A stretch of 64,000 bases of DNA from the human T2T-CHM13v2.0 reference genome, Homo sapiens. The translations under genes were made by a program, and so were the position numbers. Location: NCBI RefSeq assembly GCF_009914755.1, contig NC_060933.1, one strand, 5' to 3'. Positions 53,799 to 64,000 of this stretch are shown here, in pieces. The notes below the pieces were generated by a model, which worked only from the letters and a program-made list of their open reading frames with translations, searched no databases and was not told the origin of the DNA. Within the stretch, counting starts at the first letter, position 1; every line of letters starts with the position of its first letter.

Positions 53799-55601
53799 AG
53801 TGTAGGCACTTTCAAAACAGTTTGCTCAGAATTCCTGAGAGGCAGTACTCAGCCACAGTGAGCGTCATGGTATCAATATTTCCAGAAAAAAAATTTAAAA
53901 ATAGCTACGAAACGGTGTTTTTAAAGTTGAGGTCTGGAAGACCTGGCTCGGGGTCTGGGAAGGTGGGTCTTTTGTGATGTGGTCCCCGGGCGGTGCACTT
54001 GGGAGCCATGGCGGGGCCAGGACCTCTGGCAGCGCAGGGATGGAGCCCGCAGGTGATGAGCTTGGGAGGTGAGTTGTGGAGGCTGCGCTCACATCAATGC
54101 CCAGTGCCCTCCCCGAGGGGCCAGGTTCTCTCTCCACAGGGGCGGGGGAAGCACACAGGGGACAGGGAGGGGTGCTGGGTTCTCTCTCCTCGGGACAGGG
54201 AGCGCAGCCAGGTTCTCTCTCCTCGGGACAGGGTGGTGCCGTTGCGTGCATTCCCCAGCTGCAGCCACGAGAAACAATTTGGAGCGGAACCCGGGCTCTG
54301 ACCTCCCCTCATCCTCAGCCTTCCCCCAGGGATGGGCCGTGAGATGAATGTGGTCACCGGCCCAATCCAGGGGTCTATGGCCAAACCGCAGACCCGGAGG
54401 AAGCAGGCCAGGCCATCTGGGGAGCCGGCTCCCCTCCTCTCCTCCCCTGGCTCCCACAAAGCTGTCTCATCCAGAAGCCAGGCCCGCCTGTGAGCAAGGG
54501 GAGGCTGCAGGTGTTCCTTCAGCCTGAAGCGTGTGAAAGCCAACAGCCCCCACCCTGGTCTCCAGCCGCAGCCCCCTCCCCAGACTCAGGGGGCCAAACC
54601 CACTTTTCACAGCCATCTGTAACCCAAACGTCTGCCCACAGCTTTGTTCGAGCTCAGTCCACAGTGGGCCGCGTGGCCTGGGAGCGTCCAGTGGCAGCTG
54701 GGGCCTGCCAGGACTGCTGCCCCCAGATCGCTGTTTGCTGTGTGTGTGGCTCTGTGGGGCCCCGGCTCCACGATACCCTCAAGCATCTGCCTCCCGCTCT
54801 TCCCAGATTGCAGGGCATGCCTGGCAAGACTGCGCAGTGCCGCTCTGACGGGCCTGATCTGAACCTGGGCTCGGGGGGACAAGGGAGGGGACTGAGCACG
54901 TGGGATGGACAGAGATGCACACCCCTCCCAGGCAGGAGAGGCAGAGCTGCTTCTGACACACAGGCAGTTATCAGGGGGAAGAGAAGGTGGGCAGAGGAGC
55001 CACCCCATCTCAAGGCAGCGTGCAGGGCAGAGCCTAAGAGAGGGTCCTCCTGCAAGGGCCAGACAAGGAGGAGGGCATGGGCAGGAACCGCGTCCAAATC
55101 AACAGCAAAGACAAAGGTCACCTAGAAAGGGGGACTCCACCAGACTCTTACCCAGCAGCACGTCCCTCCTGCCTGGGCCTGGTGAGCGAGGGGCTCAAGG
55201 GGAAACTGAGGCAGGAGCTGGCACTTCTGTGTGGGTGAGGAGGACACCAATCTGAGGCCCCGCCCGCTCCCTGCTTCGGCTCCTCTGTGTTCCCGGGCTG
55301 CCGACTCTCAGGAGGCTTTGCCACCTGAAGAACAGGGAGGTCCAGCAAGGTAAGAAGAGCTTTCCAGCTCCTGTTCCGACCTGAGAGCCGAGAGGCACCA
55401 TCCTGAAGAATGGCCTTGGTCCCAGGCCTCCATGTGCGCTGTGGCAGACAATGCCAGTCGATCACCTCTCTTTCCTGACCCAGACACAGCCTCATGCTCT
55501 TCAGCCAAGTGCCCCAGGGAAGCCCGCCACCGATCAGTCAAGCCTGGAGTAAAAGATGAAGCCTATTTGCTTCGCTGTTTTCACGTGGGGCTTATCAAGT
55601 A

Positions 55602-55607
55602 TTTACT
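55602..55607 (-). terminator. SARDH: Candidate SARDH poly(A) signal (AGTAAA variant)
   Basis: TTTACT on +, about 300 nt beyond the stop; no canonical AATAAA seen nearer. Confidence 0.55.
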
Positions 55608-55906
55608 AAGCACCTTCTAGAAGCTTGGAAAGGGCTACAAGCCATGGTCCCTGAGCCCAAGACACTTACAGGTTTGCTTTCTGGGAGGATTGGGGTGGAT
55701 TAGAGACTGCCTTCCAGTCAGTGACCACAGGATGGGCCATCTTGGTCTCTGTCCGTATCTGGTTTGGGGGTTTTCGCAGGACTAGGCCTAGGCTAAGGAC
55801 AGGGAGGGCACAAGTTCTGGCTGGGTCCAGGGTCCTGGGACCCAGGGCCATTTGGGACCTGTGAGAATGGATGGACAGCATGGGATGGGGCATGTGGTCT
55901 GAGCCC

Positions 55907-56032
55907 TCAGTAGATTCCCTTCACCCTCTTGTTGTTGGGGTCGAAGGGCGACTTCAGGTGAGCCTGGGCACCATAGGTCACCCCCATTCTCTCCAGGGCA
56001 TAGTCCCCGCTCTTCACAAAGTCCAGCGAGAC
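55907..56032 (-). CDS. SARDH: Sarcosine dehydrogenase, last coding exon
   Basis: CTAG|[44 protein letters not shown]; 126 nt. Confidence 0.96.
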   Translation of the reverse strand, partial: VSLDFVKSGDYALERMGVTYGAQAHLKSPFDPNNKRVKGIY

Positions 56033-58487
56033 CTAGGAGCAGAGGTGGGGATGAGGATCACTCTCTGTTGGTAGGTACAGGGCTCACGTCTGCCTGCTTC
56101 TCTGGAGGAGGGGGTCTTGGTCTTGCTACCTGCCCTGTGGGCAAACTCATCCCTGTGCCAGGGACTCCTTTCTGAACCCAGGCATTGCCCCAGAGCAGGT
56201 GCAGTTCGTGTCCATGTGATCTTGAGTTGGACATGGGCATCTGGGGTCCGGCAAAGCCAAGGTCTGGCAGCCAATATGACTTCCACCGGACAACACACCT
56301 CCCACCCCAGCAATTCCAGATGCCTGGGAAACAGCAGCAACACGGTGGCTTCCCCGGACCCGGGCAAGCACAGCGGCCAGAGCAGCGCCGAGGCTGGGGG
56401 CCAATCCGGCTCGAATCCCTCGGGGCAGGGGCGGCTGGAACAGCCTTCTAGACAGCTTGGCCTCTGCATGCTCCCCATCCCACACCCTGGCTCGGGCTCC
56501 CCAGCAAGCCCTCGGGAGCCAGTCAGCCCCAGGTGCAGGTGCTCTTAGGCAGGAGGAGGGTGTCACCTCCAGCCTGGCACAGCTGGTGACGCCTGGCACT
56601 TTTGCTGCAGCTGCTATGAGGAGGGCAGGCTAGGCCACTCAGGGAAGCTGTTCTTCCTTTACAGCAATTAAACCCAAGGTCAGGGCCACAGGAGGGAGTC
56701 TCGGGCTCCGCTCTGGGAGTCAGAGGGCTCCTTCTTGTTCCTAGCAGCTCAGGACTGGATGAAAAAAATAAAAAACAAACCAAGCTTTTTCTGCGACAGG
56801 AGCTTTAGGAGTGGTGCTTCTGAGCCATGTGTGCACCTGCAGGGCTGAGAGCTCTGAGCTGCCCCCCGCAGGCAGGCAGCATGGAGAGCTGGTGGCCTTC
56901 AGATGTCCACGGGCAGGCACAACTCAAAGCGGGCATCTGGCCTTGCTAACAGATACCTACGAGGCAGAAACGCCTTCCCCATCTCGGAGCCTTTCCCATC
57001 AATGAGCAGGTTTCCCTATCTTAGGAAGAAACCTCCGTTACCCCACTTGGGTGCTAGAAAATGTTTAACAACCAGCTCTGGGGTGAGGTGGGTGTGACTG
57101 TAGCATTTGCCCATTTCCATGGTGCAAATGCTCTGGACAGCCCTGATGGAGGGGGCAGGAGACGTGCACCGGCCGCTCTGGGTGCATCGACTGGTTCCCC
57201 GGCTGCCTGTCTGGATGCCGTTTAACCTCGGAACCTCGGCTTCCCTGGTCACGTTGGTTATGGACCCATCCCTGACTCCGGAGAAAGGCGAGCATTACTG
57301 TTCTTTGAAGAAATGGCAAAGGAGCCTCCACTCCCCAGCCCACCCTGGCATGGAGCCCATAAACTCCGGTTTGGCTGGGCCCCAGGGCTGTGGCCCCCAG
57401 GACCATGGCCCCAGGGCTGTGTCAGGAGGCCCTGCCCACCGTGGGAGCCATGTCATCACAATCCCCACATATTAAGACTCACTTTGTGCAGTGGCCTGTA
57501 TGACAGCCCTGCATGGTAGGTGAGTGTCCACATTTTATAAATGAGGAAACTGAGGCTCCAAGAGAGGATCCTTATCCAAGGTCACAAAGCAAGTAAAAGG
57601 CAGATCCAAAGGCTAGTGGCATCAAGTGTGTCCCCAGCCTCCCAGCTCCACCGCCGGACTCAGCCCCATGGGCTGCCACTTCCCCACAGCTCCACAGGAC
57701 CATGGTCTTGCCCGAGGCCTGGCGGTGTCCCCTCCCCATTGGGCCTGCGAGCTGGGCCTGCGCATGTTCTGCAGCTCTTGCTAAGGCTGCTCCGTCTCCA
57801 GCCTACCCCTCCTCATGGCTTCTCCCAAGTGCTCGCTCCCTCCCCAATTCCCTCTACGTGTCCATCAGGGGCTCAGGCTGGAAGGCTCTGGAGCCAGGCC
57901 AGCACCTCCCGGCCTCACTTAGGGCTTAGGCCAAACGTCAGATCGGCTCCCATGGAGAGACACGACCCTCCTCACCGGCACCTCTACTTGCAGTGCCAGA
58001 AAGATGGGAAAAGGAGGTGGAGGTAGAGACCACCCCTTCCCCTTCTGGGGAGGCTGCCCACCCCCTGCCCCACCACCCCTGGCCACCCAGAGCTGTCCTG
58101 GGACTTGCTCCTGGGGGCAGTGCCTGCTCTTTCCAGCCTGTTCCTGCCTCCTGCAGCCAGGGGTCAGGGTCACCTGGAGGGGGTGGGGTTGCCTGGGGTC
58201 AGGGGTGTCGGGGGTGAGGAAAGAGAGGATAGGAACATGGGTCTCTGAGTCTCTAGTCGGTCACCCTGGGGGCCACCCCTGCACCCCAGGCAAAGGGTGG
58301 GCTGTGGGTGGCCTGAGGTTTGGGTCTCTGGTGTGAGGAGCTGGAAGGTATCAGCCTGGCTGGCTGGCACCTCCTTCTAACCAAAAAAAGCCTGGAATCA
58401 CCAAAGTCGGATTCTTCCAGAAAGAAAACAGAGAGCAGCTTTGGCTCTGCCCAGGCACAGCTGGGGAGTCCTCCACCTGCTGAGGCC

Positions 58488-58632
58488 TCTTCCTCCCCCT
58501 TCTCCTTCTCCCTCCCTCCTCCCTCTCCCTCCTCCTCCTCCTTCCTCTCTCCCCTTTTTCCTTCCCCCTCCTTCTCCTCCTTCCTTCCTCCCCCTCTTCC
58601 CTCCTCCCTCCTTTCTCTTCCCTCCTCCTCTT
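58488..58632 (+). repeat. CT-rich low-complexity tract
   Basis: Near-pure pyrimidine run in the last SARDH intron. Confidence 0.85.
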
Positions 58633-58752
58633 CTGGACCACACCCGTGCCTCCTCCCTATGCCCGGCACACTCAGGGTGCAGTGCAGGGAGCTGGTTTGG
58701 AGCTGGTGAGGGATCGGCATCTGCCTTAGCAGGGCCAGAGAAGGGGACTCAC

Positions 58753-58888
58753 CGGCCCACCGCTGGGGTCATGGATGTAACCGTAGGCGATGGTCTTGTC
58801 GATGGCGAACCCAAAGTCAGCCCTCCGGACATGGCCCACCACTTGGCCGTTCCTCCAGATGGCCTCCAGGCCAAACATGGGTACTTTG
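58753..58888 (-). CDS. SARDH: SARDH penultimate exon
   Basis: [45 protein letters not shown]; AG/GT boundaries; 136 nt. Confidence 0.96.
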
Positions 58889-59091
58889 CTGGAAGAAGCA
58901 GTAGAGAAAGCTGGGGCCCCAGAAACCGCAGGGTGGGGACGCGTCCACAGCGGCCTGGAGGAGAATGGGGGGCTGCATGATGCACACCCAACCGTGGCTC
59001 CACGCAGATAGGGCTGGCCTACTAGGACTTCGCTGGTCCCCAGAGCCAGCCCAGCACCTGGCCTGGACAGCAGGGCTCAGGCTTCGAGTGA

Positions 59092-59496
<405 letters not shown>

Positions 59497-60282
59497 TAGT
59501 ACAATACATACTTTATTCAAAGGACTTTACTACATGTAATACATGAATGCTCACTGTAAAAGTTTTAAAGATTAAAAGCAGGAAGACAAAAAAAAAAAAG
59601 TAAGCTAAAATCAAAGAAAGGCCAGCACCCAGGGCTAACTGGTAACATTTTGTTGCCAGTCTGCAGACTTCTCCCTGTGCAATGGGTTATCACGGCGGCA
59701 GCTATGCAAAGGGGTCCCTGAATGGAAGGGCTGGGGTGATGTTGAGGGCACCTCCTGCATCCTCAGCCTGGAGTCACCGTTTGGGTCCCACCTGTCCATC
59801 AGATTAGGACGAGGCTGGAAGGAGGTTTCGTAAACATCTTTGGTGTCACCCTAGTTTCTGTTCTCCACGTGAGGACGCTGAGGCCCCAACTGCCCGGAGT
59901 CCCAGAGCAGTGTGGCAGGGCTGTTCTCTGTGACTCCACTGCCAGCATCTTCTCTGCGCCTGTCCTGGAACTGCAACAGTCCAGAGCCGCGGCGCAGGGC
60001 AGCTATTATGCAGCCTGACAGGAAACCCCTGAGCAGAGCGCACTGGGTCACAGGGGCCGTCCGAGGCCCTCCTAAACCCAGACATCAGGCTGCAGGTACT
60101 TCATGGAGGGCCAGAAGGTCGGGGTCAGGCAAGCAGAAAGGACCCATGGATGCTGACCTGTCTGCAAGGGGCCCCCTCTCCAGGAGCTGAGCTGATTCAG
60201 GGAGCTGGACAGGCTGTCACACAAGAGACAGAGCCTGACAGGCACCCAGGGAGAAGCCACAGGATGACGACGACACGGCTCC

Positions 60283-60882
60283 ACTCACCGTCCCTCTCCC
60301 TCCCTCTCCCTCCCTCTCCCCCACCTTCCCTCTCCCTCTCCCTCATTCTCCCTCACCCTCCCTCTCCCTCACCCTCATTCTCCCTCAGCCTCCCTCTCCC
60401 TCTCCCTTCACCCTCCCTCTCCCTCACCTTCCCTCTCCCTTACCCTCCATCTCCCTCACCCTCCCTCTCCCCTTACCCTCCCTCTCCCTCTCCTTCCCTC
60501 TCCCTTACCCTCCCTCTCCCTCACCTTCCCTCTCCCTCACCTTCCCTCTCCCTCACCTTCCCTCTCCCTCACCTTCCCTCTCCCCTACCCTCCCTCTCCC
60601 TCACCCTCCCTCTCCCTCACCCTCCATCTCCCTCACCCTCCCTCTCCCCTTACCCTCCCTCTCCCTCTCCTTCCCTCTCCCTTACCCTCCCTCTCCCTCA
60701 CCTTCCCTCTCCCTCACCTTCCCTCTCCCCTACCCTCCCTCTCCCTCACCCTCCCTCTCCCTCACCCTCCCTCTCCCCTCACCCTCCCTCTCCCCTCACC
60801 CTCCCTCTCCCTCACCCTCCCTCTCCCCTCATCCTCCCTCACCCTCCCTCTCCCTCATCCTCCCTCTCCCTCCCCTCCTCAC
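60283..60882 (+). repeat. Pyrimidine-rich minisatellite, ~16-bp unit CCCTCTCCCTCACCYT
   Basis: About 600 nt of tandem variant units in a SARDH intron. Confidence 0.92.
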
Positions 60883-61585
60883 TCTGACACTCCTTTTGAA
60901 GGCTCCAGAAATCTGGGAGAAGTGGCAGTGTTTGCAGCTGGCTGTCAGCTCCATGTCCACAGAGCCCAAAGCCGCCCACTTCCCCGGATACCTGTGCTTC
61001 AGACCCCCGTGGGCACCACGGGAGGGCCTCTGATCAGGGCCTGATCTTCTCAGACTGCCCTGCAACCCAAGTGGGACTCGGGTTCCTGGAATCCAAACTC
61101 TCCCAGTAGCCCAGGGATCACGTGCGCCGGGCTCCAGCAGCATGCTCAAAGCCACTCTCAGTGGGGAGAGCAGGAGGTCAGGTCGCCCCCAGGCAGAGTC
61201 TCTCCTTCCACCTCTGCCGTGTGACTGGGCGTGAGTCCCCTGCTCCTTGGCACCATGTGGTCTCCATTCGTGAGTGGGGATGACGGCCCCAGCCGAGCCC
61301 CTCTCCCCCTATCACAGGGCTGTGGGGAGACTGAACCAGAACGGGATGGGAGGTCGTGTTGCAGTGACTGGGAGGTCAGGCTCCCTGGGTTCACCCTCCC
61401 AAGGCCCTCGGCCTAGACCTGCCACAGAGGGGTGGCCTGGGCTTGGCTGCACCTTTCTCTTTTGAGACCTGCATGGGAAGAGTGTGGAGCCTTCTCTACC
61501 TCCCCACGGGCCCTGCTGGCCTGGGAGGGGCCCCAGGTGCGCAACCTTACACTGGCCTGGTTTGAATCCCAGCATGTTGGGATCC

Positions 61586-62372
<787 letters not shown>

Positions 62373-63056
62373 CTAGCCACACTCTCAGAGCTGCTTAGTC
62401 ACCTGGGCAGGAGGCAGGGGCATCCCCAACTCCAGGAGGTTCCCTGGGGCGACCGCCCCCCCGAGCAGACTGCCCATCAGCACTGCAGCCCTCTGCACCC
62501 TCAGGTGGGGGCGTCAGGGAGGGGCTCGTGAAGGGGGAGCTTCCCAATGCCTAAGCTGGTTGCCCAACACCCAGGGGAGCTGCCTGACGCCCAAGCTGGG
62601 TGCCCAACACGCTGGGGAACCGCCCAAAGCCCGCTCTGAGCCTTCATCCTTGCTCTGGTCAGGGTCTGGGCTTCTTCCAGAGGCCACAGCACCTGCTCCC
62701 TGGCTCCATTCTTCACAGCTCTCAGAGAAACCAAGGCCCTCAATTCCAACCCAGCCTGGGCCTGACCCCCAGGTGTCAGGCAGCACCTCAGCTCTCTGAG
62801 TTCAGGTGTGTGTAGGTGTCGCAGATCCCAACACTGTCCCTGGGGCCCTGCACGAAGACCCTGGGCAGCAAGAGGTTTTGGGGAAATGGAGGATGTCAGG
62901 CGCTGGGGTGTAGGGGAGGAAATCATGGTGTGGAAAGAAGGAAGCCGGGTGACAACACAGGGAAGGTAAACAGCTTCTCGGCCTCCAGGTGTCTCGAGCG
63001 TCACTGCCCCCCACTGCGCCCGCCCCCGCCCCATGCTGTCCAGACCCTGCACTCAC

Positions 63057-63219
63057 CTTTCTCAATGCTCAGGGAGTCAATGGCGCGGTACCCTGCGTTG
63101 ATGAGGCCGTGCTTGGCACCCGCGGCCATCACAGCCCGGTACACAGGCACGCAGGACGCCTTTGGAATGTGCAGCTCCCAGCCCAGCTCCCCGACAAAGG
63201 ACAGCCGCATGGCTCGGAC
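63057..63219 (-). CDS. SARDH: SARDH exon (GcvT-like region)
   Basis: [19 protein letters not shown]...[13 protein letters not shown]; 163 nt. The gene continues beyond the window. Confidence 0.96.
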
Positions 63220-63489
63220 CTGGGGGACAAGGTCATGGCTTAGATGTGGCCATGTAAGATGGCTGAGGTCCAGGCCCAGGCCACCACTTCCTGGTGGCAG
63301 CTCCTACTGTCACCAGGATTATCAGCTGGCCCTGGGTCCCAGCCAGATTGCCATCAAGAAATGGGGTCTTCCAAGGAGAGCTGCTCCCTCCAGCTGCTCT
63401 GGAAATCTTTGAGGAGAAGTAGGGGGTCACCTTTGGGAAGGGGAGATGGCAGGTTTGCTATCTGCAGACCTCAGGTCTTCTCCAGGACT

Positions 63490-63932
63490 GGGTTAGTTTC
63501 CTACCTGTCATAACAAACGACCACAACTGGTGGCTTAAAACAATAACAGTAAACTCTCTCTCGGTTCTGGAGGCTCAAAATCCAAAATCACCATGTGGGC
63601 GAGCCACGCTTCCTCTGCAGGCTCCGGAGACGACCCTTCCACTCTCGAGGGAGCCTCCTCCCGAGCACCTCCCGAGCACCTCCCGGCACCCCTTGGCTTG
63701 TGGCTGCACCACTGCGATTTCTGCCTCAGCCCTCACAGCCTCCCCTTTGTGTCTCTGTCTTCTAAGGACACTTGTCACTGGATTTAGGACCTTCCCTAGC
63801 CCTAGATAATATCATCTGGAGATCCTGACCTTAATTACACCTGCAAAGATCCTATTTCCAAACAAGGCCCCATTCACAGGTTCTGACGAGTTAGGATGTA
63901 GATATATGTTTTGGGGGTCACCATTCAGTCCA
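63490..63932 (-). mobile_element. MLT1 (MaLR) LTR
   Basis: TAACAAACGACCACAACTGGTGGCTTAAAACAA...CTTAATTACACCTGCAAAGA...CCATTCAGTCCACA. Confidence 0.8.
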
Positions 63933-64000
63933 CAGCAGTGACCTGGGGCAAGCTTCTCACCCTTCCTTGTCTGTAAGATGGGGTTGGGAGCCCAGCTTTA

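Noticed and set aside
60150-60887. 245-aa Pro/Ser/Leu-rich ORF
   Set aside because: Translation of the CT minisatellite, which lacks stop codons by composition.

Overview
Human chromosome 9q34.2 DNA, identified from gene content, Alu/MaLR repeats and recalled protein sequences. From left to right: (1) the CpG-island promoter and non-coding first exon of a minus-strand gene, FAM163B by synteny, with a near-perfect REST/RE1 site; (2) about 26 kb of repeat-rich intergenic DNA, including a MaLR (MST/THE1) provirus; (3) the complete 12-exon DBH gene (dopamine beta-hydroxylase, + strand, CDS 28374-50465, 1854 nt = 617 aa + stop, all introns GT-AG) with its CRE/PHOX2/TATA promoter and two poly(A) signals; (4) the antisense lncRNA DBH-AS1; (5) the last four coding exons of SARDH on the minus strand, convergent with DBH. 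Several DBH sites differ from the GRCh38/RefSeq alleles as I recall them, including a Thr at residue 211, so this looks like a non-reference haplotype. I found no convincing new biological system. The best unexplained structures are a 344-bp, ~92% identical direct duplication bracketing in-frame DBH exon 2, a 166-bp locally templated insertion inside the MaLR element, a chimeric MST/THE1 LTR, and a 12-bp perfect hairpin at the exon 9 branch point.
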